Counted from the stretch's first letter, positions 30,501 through 40,698 are shown. The stretch is DNA of 64,000 nt from an uncultured Gemmatimonadaceae bacterium (GCA_963817955.1 CAWFQK010000009.1:64001-128000), one strand, 5' to 3'. The notes: generated by a model from the sequence alone, not told the origin. Numbers and translations are program-made.

Positions 30501-33500
30501 CGGCGGGGGCGATGGCGAGATCGCGCAGTTCGATCTCCGCCTCGGTGCGCGACAGACTCAGCGCTCGCTCGGCCGCCGCGATCTCGCGATATCGATCCGC
30601 CAGTTGCAGCGCCGCCTCGCGGCTGCCGGCGACCGCTGTCGTAAAGGCCACCGCCGCCGACCGCCGAGGCTCGATGCGTATGCGAACGCGGAGCGCCACA
30701 ATCGGATCGAGAACCGCACCGACGGTACCGGACAGCGTCGCGTTCGCGTCGAGCGCGCGCGGCGCATGAATCGTTCGTCCGCGTCCCAGAAAGTGCGCGC
30801 GGTCCGTTTCATAGCTCACCTCGCCAACCCGTTCTGGTCCGGTGGCCACCACGTGCGCACACCAGGGCCGTGCCTCATCGTTCGAACGCGGCCGACGCGT
30901 CGCGAGGAGTGTCGCTCCCGGCACCCACTCCGTTTCGACGAAGAGTTTCTGAAATGCCTGATGGGCGCGGTCGGCGTCGGCGGGGCACAGGACGACCTCG
31001 CCGTAACTCGTGAGTTCGATCTCGCGCGTGACGTGCGAGCGGTTCACGAGCGTCACGCGCCGGACCTCGGCCTGTTCGCTCGCAATGACGACGATCTCGG
31101 TGTGCGTATCCACCCCGCCGTCGCGCCGCGTGAACGTGACGCGATCGGTCGCAAAGGTCGCGCGATACGACGATGGTAGCGCGCGCACTGGTTGATGCGC
31201 CACGGACCAGATGGTACGGGCGGTGAGATCCTTGACGTAGATCCACTGGCCACTGTCGTCCTGTGTCGCGTCCGCTCGCCACCGGATCACGTCCATGCCG
31301 TTCGCGCGGCTCTGTCCGGAGCCTGAGTTCGTGAGGAGCACGCTGTACCCGTTGCTTCCGAGCAGTCCCACGTGCGGCTCGGGCGTGTCGGGCGTATCGA
31401 CTTCGTGCACGAAGATCTGCATGCGCGTGGCGCCTTCCGCGCTGCGCACCGGTTCGTCCGTTTGCGACGGACGCGGCACGTAGCGGCGCGGGATGCGTTC
31501 GTCGAGCAAGAGGGCCGCGGCGCGCACCATGGCATCAGCCATGAAACGCCGCTGCCAGATTCCTTCCGTCTCCGTCTCACGCAGACTCAGAGCGTTGTCC
31601 AACGCGACGAGGCTCATACCCACGTGATGCGCCATGAAGGTACGCACGACCGCAACGCGCTGGTCAGGCCCGATGCGCGTATAATCGAGCGCGTCGTAGA
31701 AACCGTATTGACCGAGGGCACCCTGCCGCTCCAACTCGGCGAAATTGCGCAACGCCGCGTGGGCATCGACCGTGGCGGCCAGCGCCGTCGCATACGGCGC
31801 CACCACGAGTTCGCTCGCCAGGCCGCGCTTGAGCGCGAGGTCCGGAATGCCGAATGCGCGATACTGATACGTGTCGTGCCGGTCCCGGACGTTGTATGCG
31901 GATTCGGAGACGCCCCACGGAGTGCCCCGCGCGTGTCCGTAAACGATCTGGCGGTGAACCGCGGCGTGACAGGTTTGATCGAGCAGCGAGAACGGCCGCG
32001 GCGGCATGACCAGCAGCGGCATGAGATACTCGAACATGCTCCCGCTCCACGACACGAGCGCGGTGGCACCATCCACCACAGTGAGCGAGCGGCCGAGTCG
32101 AAACCAGTGCTCGGTGGGCGCATCGCCCTTCGCGATGGCGAGGAAACTCGCCAGGCGCGACTCCGACGCGAGCAAATCGTATGACGATTCGTCCAGCTTA
32201 CCGGTTCGCGCATCGTACCCGATCGCAAACAGCCGACGCTGCGGGTCGTAGACGAGTTGGAAGTCCATTGCGGTCGCCATGTCGCGTGCGCGCCGCGCGA
32301 GCGCGTCCAGCCGATCGACCAGTGTCGCCGCGCCAGCCGACGCGCGGGCCGCCGTTCGTAGCGGCGTGCGAGCTTCCGTTTCGGCGTCGAGTTCCAGTGC
32401 GGTGAGTTCGGCGGCAGCCGCTTCCAGTCGCTGACGCGCCCACACGGTCGCGGCGGCCGTCTCGGGCGAGTTCGCGCTCGCGGTGGCACGCCGTCGCAGG
32501 TCGAGCGTTGCGCCGTGGTAGGCTAACAGCCGTTCCCCAACCCACGGAGCGCGTCCGCTGCCGCCGTCGGCGGGGCGACTACCGTACTGGATGCCCTCGG
32601 CGTCGAGCGCTGCCCAGAGCCGTGCGTCGTCCACGGGACCATCCGCCATTCCCAGGCAGCCTTGCGCGACGGCGACGAGATGGCCGGCGAGATTCCCTGA
32701 ATCTACCGTCGACACGTACGGAGGATCGAGCACGCGCAAGTCGCTCAGGTCATACCAATTGAAGAAGTGTCCGCGCAGGCGCGACATCCGATCCAACGCG
32801 TCGAACGCGCGTTCCAGACGGTCGAGCGTCTCGCCGCGCGTGAGGATTCCGAGGTCGCACGCCGACATCGTGGCCAACAGCTGTAGTCCGATGTTCGTTG
32901 GCGACGTGCGCGAGGCGATGATCGGTTCGGGAGTCTCCTGGAAATTGTCGGGAACGAGCCAGTGTGTCTCGGCCGTGACAAAACGATCGAAATAGCGCCA
33001 GTGACGGAGCGCGTACCGGAGAGCGGTTTGGCGCTGGTCGGCATCGAGCGACCGATCGCGCCGCAGCAGGGGCGCGCTCAGGGCGATCGCCACCTCCGGC
33101 GCGAGCAACCATGCGACGGCCAGGCCGGCGAAGCCAGCCGTCGATGCCAACTGCGCGGCTCCGTGAATGGCAACGGATGTTGCGTGCCAGGCGACGAGCG
33201 ACATGATTGTGCCGCCGAGGAGCGTTGCGGGCCACATGCGTTGCCAGACTGATCGTCTGCTGTGGCCGGTCGTTCGCTCGGTCTGCGATGCCGTCTGCCA
33301 CTCGAGCATTCGGCGGTGGCGCAGGACCCGGACGATGCTGCGCACGATCGCGTCGCCCGCGAGCAGCGCCTGATCCGGCAGCAGGATCACGGCCAGGCCG
33401 AGTTGTTCGATGGCGCGCGATGCATCGCCGCCAAGCGCGACATAGTAGGGCCGCCAGCTATGTCCGCGCGGTGGGCGCAACGCCGCGAACAGGAGCGGCG

Positions 33501-36054
33501 CGATCCACGGCGTGCTCAGCGCAGCGAGCGCGGCCGCGGTCCACATGAATCCCGGGCCTGGCAAGACGGTCCAGCCGGCGACAAGCCACACGAGTAGCGC
33601 AATGGGATTCAGGCTGCGTCGCATGTTGTCAGCAATCTTCCATCGCGACAGCAGAGATAGCGGATTCGGATTCGAGCCAGACGCTCCGGGAACACGCCGC
33701 TTGAGCCAGGGCAAGAGCTGCCAGTCGCCGCGTACCCAGCGGTGCGTGCGCCGGGTAGACGTGAGATAGCGCGTCGGATAATCATCGAATACTTCCACGT
33801 CCGTCACGAGCCCAGCCCGCGCGAACGTACCCTCGATGAGATCGTGGCTGAGCAGCGTGTTCTCGGGAAAGCGCCCCGCCGTGGCGCGGCGAAACACGTC
33901 CACGTCGTAAATGCCCTTTCCGGTGAAAGTCCCCTCGCCGAACAGATCCTGGTAGACGTCCGACACCGCGGTGGTATACGGGTCCACACCGGGATGGCCC
34001 GCGTACACGGAGGCAAAGCGCGACTCGCTTGCGCTGGCAAGCGACACGCTCACGCGCGGCTGCAGAATGCCGTAGCCGCGAACGACACGTCCGCGCGCTG
34101 GATCGTACTCTGCCCGATTGAGTGGATGGGCGATGGTGCCGATGAGCGCCGCGGCCGCGCCACGCGGCAACATCGTATCGGAATCCAGCGTGATGACGTA
34201 TCGAACGCTGCGTAACCACGGCACTTCACCTTCGACGACGGGAAAGGCGTGGTCGTCCTCGTCGCGGATGAACGCGTTGAAATCAACGAGCTTGCCGCGC
34301 TTTCGTTCCCATCCCATCCAGATGCCATCGGCGGAATTCCACCGGCGATGGCGGTGGAGCAGATAGAACGGAGGTCCCGCCTCGCTCTGGCCGGCGTCTC
34401 CGCCGTACGCGACGTTCAAGGCGCGAATCCCGTCTACTGCCGCCGCGACAATCTCGTCATCTCCTGGCAAGGTCTCGGACGGTGCATCGAGCAGATCCGT
34501 GAGCATCGCGAATCGCATCTGCGGGTCGCGATTCGCCAGGTACTGGACTTCGATATGTTCGAGCGCATGCCGCACGGCATCGACGCTCCCGACGAGCAGG
34601 GGAACGACGACCGCCGTTCGGTCGCGCGCCGGCACGGCGTGCTCGTAATCGAGCCGGGGAAGTCGATCCGGTGGGACGAGGATCATCACGGCCTGATGCA
34701 CGAGTGCGATCGCGGCATCCGCGGCCGGAAGGAACGCGAGAACGAGCGCGCCGAGCAGCCATGTCGCACGCGCGTGCGTGGTCGGCGCCAGGCTGAGCGG
34801 CATCACGAGGACGACGAGTGCCAACGCCGTTGCGATGACCAGGGCGCCGAAGTAGACATGGTCAGGATGTGCCAACAGCCACTCGGTCACACGGCGCGTC
34901 ATCGGATTGCGGTAGCCAACCGCGCCCTCGAACGTCCGGCGACCCTCGTCCACGAGATGGTAGCCGATGTGCGCCTCTCGAGCATCGACGCCTATCGTCG
35001 CGGCGGCAGTGTGTGCGGCTTGGATGGCTGCGGCGGCGACCGCGGGTTCCGCCTTCCCAGCTCCTTTGGCAATCCGTTCCACTGCATGGCGGTAGTGGTC
35101 GCGCGTGGCGCGCGCCATGTCCGCATAGATGCCGGCAGGATCACCGCGCAGGACTGCCTCGGTCGCGCTGACGCTCTCTACGAACGCGGTCCAGTCGATG
35201 CTCGTTACGGATCGCAGGCTGGTGATCGAGTTGGCCATCACCAGCTGCGTGCGTGCCAATTCCTGCACGGACCGCTGCGCCGCGTCTTCCACCGACATGA
35301 CATCTTCGGCGACCCATTGCTCGAGCCACAACAGCGGGGTGAAATCGGCTCGCCGGCTCCGGATCTGCTGCAGGAACCGGGTGAGAAACGCCGGCGTGAG
35401 CGCGGGCCCGTGGTGGACGAACGCCGTCAACTCATGGATCGCATCCTCGCTCGGTTGTGTGCCCAGGAGGCGCAACACCCATTGATCGGCGACGGTGCGG
35501 TCGACGACGTCGCGCGCCGCGCGGAGCGCCATCTGCCGAACATTGTCGAGGAATCCCAGACGTAACATGGCCGGAATCGCCCAGAGCTCGCCCATTGTCA
35601 GCGGCGTCACGCGCTGGTAGTGCTCGATCATGAGCTTGACGCTTGCTTCATCGAGGCGCCCGTCGGTGTGGGCGATCAGCTCGATGATGATTTCATAAAT
35701 GCGCGGGTATCCCGCCAACACGTCGTCGCCGGCGAGCTTCGGGAGCTCCTGGTAATAGCCAGCCGGAAGCGTCGCCCGAATTTCCGGAACCTGCTCCTGC
35801 ACGACGAAGAAGTTGTCGAGCAACCAGGCGCCGGCGGGGCTCACGTCGTCGCCGGCAGCCGCGGCGCCGCCGAGCAAGTCGCACGCCGCGATCAGCTCAC
35901 GTTCCGTGGCCTCCAGTCGCGAGAGGAGCGGCCCGCGTTTGCGACGTTTGAACCAGCCCGGCTGTGGCGTCACGGCAATCGTATGCCGACGCGCAAGTGT
36001 TCGCGCGTGCTCGGCTAGCTGGCGCGCGCCGAACAATTGTCCGTGGGGCAGCAT
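27496..36054 (-). CDS. Cyclic beta-1,2-glucan synthase (Cgs/NdvB/ChvB type) with C-terminal GH94 phosphorylase
   Basis: 2852 aa; WLLDNF, WMGWERKRGKL, YVITLDSDT, LLSHDLIEG, RWVRGDWQLLPW, TM block, RTSPTNIG, DLLASESRL, YQSSGAYGFRDQLQD, GDWNDG, GVRENGAQYTH, GGWTWYTGSA. Confidence 0.93.
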   Translation of the reverse strand: MLPHGQLFGARQLAEHARTLARRHTIAVTPQPGWFKRRKRGPLLSRLEATERELIAACDLLGGAAAAGDDVSPAGAWLLDNFFVVQEQVPEIRATLPAGYYQELPKLAGDDVLAGYPRIYEIIIELIAHTDGRLDEASVKLMIEHYQRVTPLTMGELWAIPAMLRLGFLDNVRQMALRAARDVVDRTVADQWVLRLLGTQPSEDAIHELTAFVHHGPALTPAFLTRFLQQIRSRRADFTPLLWLEQWVAEDVMSVEDAAQRSVQELARTQLVMANSITSLRSVTSIDWTAFVESVSATEAVLRGDPAGIYADMARATRDHYRHAVERIAKGAGKAEPAVAAAAIQAAHTAAATIGVDAREAHIGYHLVDEGRRTFEGAVGYRNPMTRRVTEWLLAHPDHVYFGALVIATALALVVLVMPLSLAPTTHARATWLLGALVLAFLPAADAAIALVHQAVMILVPPDRLPRLDYEHAVPARDRTAVVVPLLVGSVDAVRHALEHIEVQYLANRDPQMRFAMLTDLLDAPSETLPGDDEIVAAAVDGIRALNVAYGGDAGQSEAGPPFYLLHRHRRWNSADGIWMGWERKRGKLVDFNAFIRDEDDHAFPVVEGEVPWLRSVRYVITLDSDTMLPRGAAAALIGTIAHPLNRAEYDPARGRVVRGYGILQPRVSVSLASASESRFASVYAGHPGVDPYTTAVSDVYQDLFGEGTFTGKGIYDVDVFRRATAGRFPENTLLSHDLIEGTFARAGLVTDVEVFDDYPTRYLTSTRRTHRWVRGDWQLLPWLKRRVPGASGSNPNPLSLLSRWKIADNMRRSLNPIALLVWLVAGWTVLPGPGFMWTAAALAALSTPWIAPLLFAALRPPRGHSWRPYYVALGGDASRAIEQLGLAVILLPDQALLAGDAIVRSIVRVLRHRRMLEWQTASQTERTTGHSRRSVWQRMWPATLLGGTIMSLVAWHATSVAIHGAAQLASTAGFAGLAVAWLLAPEVAIALSAPLLRRDRSLDADQRQTALRYALRHWRYFDRFVTAETHWLVPDNFQETPEPIIASRTSPTNIGLQLLATMSACDLGILTRGETLDRLERAFDALDRMSRLRGHFFNWYDLSDLRVLDPPYVSTVDSGNLAGHLVAVAQGCLGMADGPVDDARLWAALDAEGIQYGSRPADGGSGRAPWVGERLLAYHGATLDLRRRATASANSPETAAATVWARQRLEAAAAELTALELDAETEARTPLRTAARASAGAATLVDRLDALARRARDMATAMDFQLVYDPQRRLFAIGYDARTGKLDESSYDLLASESRLASFLAIAKGDAPTEHWFRLGRSLTVVDGATALVSWSGSMFEYLMPLLVMPPRPFSLLDQTCHAAVHRQIVYGHARGTPWGVSESAYNVRDRHDTYQYRAFGIPDLALKRGLASELVVAPYATALAATVDAHAALRNFAELERQGALGQYGFYDALDYTRIGPDQRVAVVRTFMAHHVGMSLVALDNALSLRETETEGIWQRRFMADAMVRAAALLLDERIPRRYVPRPSQTDEPVRSAEGATRMQIFVHEVDTPDTPEPHVGLLGSNGYSVLLTNSGSGQSRANGMDVIRWRADATQDDSGQWIYVKDLTARTIWSVAHQPVRALPSSYRATFATDRVTFTRRDGGVDTHTEIVVIASEQAEVRRVTLVNRSHVTREIELTSYGEVVLCPADADRAHQAFQKLFVETEWVPGATLLATRRPRSNDEARPWCAHVVATGPERVGEVSYETDRAHFLGRGRTIHAPRALDANATLSGTVGAVLDPIVALRVRIRIEPRRSAAVAFTTAVAGSREAALQLADRYREIAAAERALSLSRTEAEIELRDLAIAPADVALYHELAGALIYPHEALRAPESERAAVTRGQTALWAQGISGDWPIVLATVRAEAGLSSVRQLLVAHNYWRMKGVRSDLVILNAKPHSYAQELHDQLVTMAMASSEGGVLEQPGGVFIRRADVLSPEDTALLRTTARIHLSCDGVGLGAIVAANVLSHAASHARPEPRVAAMEPVLQTVLATHRPARVPATYANGYGALTEADDFAMSVAGGRVPPAPWANVIANPSFGFCVTERGGGFTWAENSYFFRLTPWFNDPVSDPCGEVLYLRDLASGVVWTPTPGPACAMGANAPEYTVTHAPGMTRFVHERGDIETELTLAVPLADPVKIARLRITNGGSTPRRFSLTSYVELTLGAEREHTRHQLHTRHDAASGAILAQNFYAPDFTTRVAFSWISETPTSYTARRDHFIGRNGDLTTPLGMRQDRLSGATGVGHDPCAALRCNITLEPGETRMVVVLLGAAQSDDDARALIGRHGAPAAAEGSMQEATAAWDKRLSVIRVQTPDTEFNALFNRWSLYQALSCRMWARSALYQSSGAYGFRDQLQDCMAFVYADAELARAHLIRAAGRQFLEGDVQHWWHEPSGRGIRTRFSDDLAWLPFVADHYVQITGDAAFWDARAPYLAMRLLAPGEQEVYDKPTDSGETGTIYEHCVRALDHACTSGEHGLPLIGSGDWNDGLNRVGVHGKGESVWLAWFLATTLRRFAAHATARGDADTAARFLAQSNSYVAAVERTSWDGGWYRRAYFDDGAPLGTSADPECQIDAIAQSWAVLSGAADPVRARAAMQAVNQRLVRNDERIILLLTPPFNRSERDPGYIKGYVPGVRENGAQYTHAALWTVLAMAQLGDGNLAGELMSMLNPLSHTRTPADAERYKVEPYVVAADVYSAAGQEGRGGWTWYTGSASWSYRVALEGMLGFAKRGDRLEIDPCIPAAWQQFTIGYTYGASTYAIEVRNPDGVCRGVSGVTVDGAVAADRTIVLLDDGAAHTVIVTLGAGVVAQPGL

Positions 36055-36247
36055 CGCATGCTCCTGGAAATGAGAACTCGCCGCACGCCGGTCGCGCAGC
36101 TGACCGCGCGATCGGTGGACGGCGAATGCGGGCGCCTGTCGACGTGTTCCGCAGTCTAATGCATGACGTCTGGCCCAGGCACTCCCGAGGCACGCCGAAT
36201 GAGTCTTCTAATACTCTTGTGATAACCGGCGAACGCGCGATGCCGCG

Positions 36248-36613
36248 TTACGGATCCGTCGGCTGCGCCACCGCGGGCCCGATGCAATCGTGCATGAGCT
36301 GAACGAGCATCCGTGACTGGGGGCCGCCAGTCAGTGCGCTGTCGTTCTCGGCGTCCAGCCGGGCGGGATGATTGACCACGCACTCTTCGAAGGTGCGTGC
36401 GATCGCTTCCGGCGTCGACCCGGCGGCGAGCATTTGCTGCGCGACCATGCTCGCAATGGTCTGGAGGCCCGTGCGGGCGCCGAAGGTCCCATGAATCGCC
36501 CGGGCGATCTGATTCGACAGCCGACGCGCCGCGGCGTCGGACAGGGCCGCCGGACGAACAACCTCAGCGTGCTGCGAAACCAGCACGCTGCGTGTATTTA
36601 ACCCTCGATCCAT
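36248..36613 (-). CDS. Hypothetical protein
   Basis: Open frame filling the gap between the response regulator and cgs; no motif recognised. Confidence 0.45.
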   Translation of the reverse strand: MDRGLNTRSVLVSQHAEVVRPAALSDAAARRLSNQIARAIHGTFGARTGLQTIASMVAQQMLAAGSTPEAIARTFEECVVNHPARLDAENDSALTGGPQSRMLVQLMHDCIGPAVAQPTDP

Positions 36614-36738
36614 TCGTGCCCTCCGTACTCCAGTTACCTGAAACGTAGCCGGAAGCCGGCACGGCCGCTCGATATCGAGGAGATGACGTCGCTGGTAAAT
36701 GGCCGTGGACGATCCGAAAACGACCTGAGGCGCAGCGC

Positions 36739-37128
36739 CTATCTCGCTCCGCTGTTCCGCTGCTTCGGCATGAGCCAATGCTTCACTTCTGCCACGAGCG
36801 CCATAGGCGAGAAGGGCTTGTTCAAGTAGGTGGTGCAGCCGCTCGCCAGCGCCGCGCGCCGAGCACCATCGGTTTGCAGCCCGCTGATCGCGATGATCGG
36901 AATGTGCTTCGTAGCATCGGCATCGCTGAGAAGCTTGGCGACGTCGAGGCCGCTCATGGTCGGTAGCATCAGGTCGAGCAGCACGATGTCCGGTGGATCC
37001 GCGAATGCGAGATTCGCCGCCTCGAGACCGTCGGTTGCTTCGACTACCGTCAGGCCGTTCAGGCGCAGCACGTCAGCGAGCAGCCGGAGCTGCTCGACAT
37101 CATCTTCGGCGATCAGAACACGGCTCAT
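36739..37128 (-). CDS. Single-domain response regulator (receiver)
   Basis: VLIAEDD, IVLLDLMLPTMSG, IPIIAISG, YLNKPFS. Confidence 0.92.
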   Translation of the reverse strand: MSRVLIAEDDVEQLRLLADVLRLNGLTVVEATDGLEAANLAFADPPDIVLLDLMLPTMSGLDVAKLLSDADATKHIPIIAISGLQTDGARRAALASGCTTYLNKPFSPMALVAEVKHWLMPKQRNSGAR

Positions 37129-37200
37129 CGGCTACGGTCGAAGCTAGAGGTTCCTCTCGACAGAGAAACTAACGCAAATGTTTCTATCGCGAAGAAGCCG

Positions 37201-37232
37201 TGTCTCGTATCCCGTGTCCCGTGTCCCGTGTC
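37201..37232 (-). repeat. Heptamer tandem repeat (reverse orientation)
   Basis: TGTCTCG TATCCCG TGTCCCG TGTCCCG TGTC next to the ROK kinase stop. Confidence 0.75.
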
Positions 37233-37233
37233 G

Positions 37234-38130
37234 CTACCCTGCCGGCCAGAGCCATGCTGCGCCACGTACGCCGCTCGCGTCACCGTGCATTGCGCGCACC
37301 ACCGTGGTAAGCACCGCATCGGAGAACACGTAGCGTGGCAGCCGCGACACGACGGCGTCTGCCAGTCCGTAGATGTTCGACATCCCGCCGCCGAGGACGA
37401 TCACGTCAGGGTCGAGCACGTTGATGACGGTCGCGAGGCCACGCGCCAGACGATCGTGGTACCGCGACAGCGCCGCCGCCGCGTTCTCGTCTCCGTGCTC
37501 CGCGGCGAGAACGATTTCCTGCGACGTCCACGCCCGTCCGGTCACGCGCTCATGCTCCGCGACGAAGCCGGGGCCGGACAACCAGCTTTCGATGCAGCCG
37601 CGTCGTCCGCAGTAGCACTCGGGTCCGGGATGCTCCTCTGCGGTCTGCCACGGCAGCGGGTTATGTCCCCATTCACCGGCGATGAGGTTGACGCCCTCGA
37701 TGCAGCGACCCTCGATGACGATGCCGCCGCCCACGCCCGTGCCGAGAATCACGCCGAATACAACGCGCGCGGCGGTGGCGGCTCCGTCGCCTGCCTCGGA
37801 GAGCACGAAGCAGTTCGCGTCGTTCATCAGCCGTACGGGACGTGCGAGCCGCCGTTCGACATCGTGGCCGAGTGGTTGGCCGATCAGCCAGACCGAATTC
37901 GCGTTCTTCACCAGTCCCGTGGCCGGCGTGATGACGCCTGGAATGCCGATGCCCACCGTCCCGCGCTGGCCTGTTTCCCGCTCGAGGCGAGCGACGAGAT
38001 CTGTGATGGCATCCAGTGTGGCCTCGTACGCGCGTGGTGTGCTCACCCGCCGACGGGCCAGGATCTCACCCGATGCGGACAGTGCGATGCCTTCGATTTT
38101 CGTCCCGCCGAGGTCGATGCCGATACGCAT
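37234..38130 (-). CDS. mak: ROK-family sugar kinase (fructokinase Mak-like)
   Basis: MRIGIDLGGTKIE, NDANCFVLSEA, ILGTGVGGG, AGEWGHNPLPW, CYCGRRGCIE, HGDASGVRGAAWLW. Confidence 0.9.
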   Translation of the reverse strand: MRIGIDLGGTKIEGIALSASGEILARRRVSTPRAYEATLDAITDLVARLERETGQRGTVGIGIPGVITPATGLVKNANSVWLIGQPLGHDVERRLARPVRLMNDANCFVLSEAGDGAATAARVVFGVILGTGVGGGIVIEGRCIEGVNLIAGEWGHNPLPWQTAEEHPGPECYCGRRGCIESWLSGPGFVAEHERVTGRAWTSQEIVLAAEHGDENAAAALSRYHDRLARGLATVINVLDPDVIVLGGGMSNIYGLADAVVSRLPRYVFSDAVLTTVVRAMHGDASGVRGAAWLWPAG

Positions 38131-38230
38131 GCATAGCGAATCTATCGCCATCGCCAACGTACTCGCGGTGCGCGTCTTGCCAAATGCTGCACTCGCTATT
38201 CGCAATCACGTGTTTCCAGAGGAGGATCGC

Positions 38231-38842
38231 GTGTACGCCACCAGCATGGTGCGGATGCTCGCCGGCATGGCTGCTGGCGCGCTCACCGCCGGTTGCAGCG
38301 CCTACGGCCGCACGCAGAGTGCAACAGGCACGGTCCCCGTCACTCCGAGCGTGTTCGTCACACTGATCCCGGCGCTACCGCAGCGTGATCTGGCTCTGCT
38401 GAACCGCATGAGCGACGGCAACATCCTGCAGCACGTCGCGATGAGTGATTCCCTGGAAATCGTAATGGCTCAAATGGCGCTCCGGCGAACGCACGACACC
38501 GGGGTGTCCTCGTTCGCCAGAATGCTCATTGCCGACCACTCGATGAATCTGCAGGACGGCCAGATCCTCGCGCGACAGACCGGGATCACTCCGACCACTG
38601 CCCCCGGGGATACGAGCGGTATCATGTTGTTCCGATTGCTGCATGTGCTCAACGAGGATTCCACAGACTTCAATCAGGTGTTCTTGCGCTCGCAGGTTCA
38701 GCTGCACCAGCGGGAACTTGCCGAATTGCAGACGCTGCAAGACGTCGCGCGGGACCAGGACGTGCGCGAGCACGTCGCCGCAACCATCCCGGTCATCCGG
38801 AAGCACTTGGCGCGTGCAATGGATTTGGTTGCGGCGAAATAG
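38231..38842 (+). CDS. DUF4142-type lipoprotein (ferritin-like)
   Basis: GGAGG RBS, lipobox LTAGC, EIVMAQMA..FARMLIADH..IPVIRKHL. Confidence 0.75.
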   Translation: MYATSMVRMLAGMAAGALTAGCSAYGRTQSATGTVPVTPSVFVTLIPALPQRDLALLNRMSDGNILQHVAMSDSLEIVMAQMALRRTHDTGVSSFARMLIADHSMNLQDGQILARQTGITPTTAPGDTSGIMLFRLLHVLNEDSTDFNQVFLRSQVQLHQRELAELQTLQDVARDQDVREHVAATIPVIRKHLARAMDLVAAK

Positions 38843-38972
38843 GCGATCGGCGAGCAACCAGCAACCGTTACTCGTCATCGGTTTGTGGCGCACTCGACGG
38901 GGAAACGTGGCCCGCGGCACGTCGCGCGGTGCGTGACTTGCCCCACGAGCCAGCATTCCCTCAGGAGGACAC

Positions 38973-39611
38973 ATGTATCAGAAGCTCGCGCTCGTATTCG
39001 GCGGCGTGCTCGCCGCCGCAGGCTGTGCGCAAACGACTCACGTGGAGTCTGCCGGTGAAGTTGCCCCGGCAATGCCCGTCACGCGCAACTATGTGCCCGC
39101 CGGCACGGCGATGAACATCCGCCTCAACCAATCGCTGGGGACACGGTCGAGCCGCGAAGGAGACGCATTCACGGCTACGGTCATCGATCCAGTCATCGCC
39201 CAGGACGGTTCCGTGGCCGTGCCCGCGGGCGCGACCCTCTCCGGACACGTCACGGGTTTGCATACGAGCAATATTCCGGGCGAGCAGTCCATCATCCGGC
39301 TCAATTTCGACGACATCACCCTGCGTAACCGGACCTATCCGTTCGGGGCAAGCATCTCGAACGTCACCGTCCAGAATCAGCCAACGAATGCGCCGGCCAA
39401 CCCGACGCGCGGCGCCGTCACTGGCGCAGCCGCCGGTGCCGTGCTCGGCGCGATTGTCAGCGGCGGGGAGCTCAGCAAGATCCTTACGGGCGGTCTGCTC
39501 GGCGCAGCGGCCGGTACGGTGATCTCGATGGGGCAGGGCGGCACACAATCGGTGATTCCGGCGGGATCGATGATGACTATTCGCTCATCACAGCCGGTCT
39601 CGATCCGGTGA
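38973..39611 (+). CDS. Lipoprotein with TrbI-like beta region and glycine zipper
   Basis: Lipobox AAGC; VPAGTAMNIRLNQSL, GDAFTATV; GAAAGAVLGAIVSGG..GGLLGAAAG. Confidence 0.75.
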   Translation: MYQKLALVFGGVLAAAGCAQTTHVESAGEVAPAMPVTRNYVPAGTAMNIRLNQSLGTRSSREGDAFTATVIDPVIAQDGSVAVPAGATLSGHVTGLHTSNIPGEQSIIRLNFDDITLRNRTYPFGASISNVTVQNQPTNAPANPTRGAVTGAAAGAVLGAIVSGGELSKILTGGLLGAAAGTVISMGQGGTQSVIPAGSMMTIRSSQPVSIR

Positions 39612-39612
39612 G

Positions 39613-40698
39613 TTAGGGCGTCGGCACGCTCCATTTGCCGGGCGTCGGAAGAACCGGCGCAACGTTCACCAGCGTTGCCCGCGGCCACATCGACGGCACG
39701 CCACGAATGAATGTGACGAGGCCGTCGATGGGCGCGCGGATCTCACCCGTGGGCCGTCCGACGAAATCTGTCGTGCGGCCCACGAGCTGACCCTTCTTCA
39801 CGCGTGTGTCGCGCGCCACGAGCGGGAAGAAGACCCCCGCGCCGTCAGCAGCGACGCGCGCGCCGGCACCAGAGAGCCAGACAGGGCGCTGCACCGGCGT
39901 CACCTTGCGCGGCAACATGGTGAGTTGGCCAAGCACATTGAGTGATCCGTCGACGAGAGCCGTGAGGTCGGCCGGCGCCACGACGCCGGAGCGTCCCGCT
40001 TCCGCCACGAGAATCGTCTTGCCTCGGACGAGCGCCTGTCCGGAAAGCGATCGACTCGCCGTCGGGCTGTTCGGATCCACGTCCGTCACGATGATGTGAT
40101 CCAGCCCAAATGCCTTCGCGAGCGCGAGCCCCGCGGAATCCTGCCGCGCCCGTCCTCCGCGGAACCAGTAGCTGTATGGCCGCAAGTCTTCGTCGAGATC
40201 GCCGCCGTGCAGATCCACGACGATATCTGACGGCCCCACGATCTTCTCTGTGATGGCCGCGAGCGCGCGCTGCGTCTGTGATCCATTCACATCGCCGGGA
40301 TAGCTCGAGTTCATCCCCTTGCGGTCGATCGGGTTCACGTGTGGCGTCATGCTGAGGAATGAGGCGACGTTGACCAGAGGCACGACGATGACGGTTCCGG
40401 AAAGCGTGCGGGCGTCGATCCGCCCGATCAGCTTCTGCATGGCGATGATCGAGCTGTACTCCGTACCGTGGCTTCCCGCCACGAACGCCACGGTCGGGCC
40501 CGGGCGTATGCCGCGAATGACGGCAACGGCGATCTGCAACGCCGAGTCGGAGCCCGCTGGGATGTCGATGGAGCCGTAAGCCGTGGTGCCGGGTGCAGCC
40601 GTCGCTGATCCGACGGTGAACGACGTGGTCTGCTGGGCCGTGAGTACGGGGGCGGCCACGAAGACGGCGACTGTAGCGCGAAGGACTAGTCGAAGCAT
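39613..40698 (-). CDS. M14-like succinylglutamate desuccinylase/aspartoacylase family protein, secreted
   Basis: Signal peptide; AGSHGTEY, MNSSYPG, VVDLHGGD, AEAG. Confidence 0.85.
   Translation of the reverse strand: MLRLVLRATVAVFVAAPVLTAQQTTSFTVGSATAAPGTTAYGSIDIPAGSDSALQIAVAVIRGIRPGPTVAFVAGSHGTEYSSIIAMQKLIGRIDARTLSGTVIVVPLVNVASFLSMTPHVNPIDRKGMNSSYPGDVNGSQTQRALAAITEKIVGPSDIVVDLHGGDLDEDLRPYSYWFRGGRARQDSAGLALAKAFGLDHIIVTDVDPNSPTASRSLSGQALVRGKTILVAEAGRSGVVAPADLTALVDGSLNVLGQLTMLPRKVTPVQRPVWLSGAGARVAADGAGVFFPLVARDTRVKKGQLVGRTTDFVGRPTGEIRAPIDGLVTFIRGVPSMWPRATLVNVAPVLPTPGKWSVPTP

Noticed and set aside
39613..40698. M14 desuccinylase as the third enzyme of the NSAR pathway
   Set aside because: It has a signal peptide, lies over 4 kb away on the other strand, and the known partner is an M20 peptidase.
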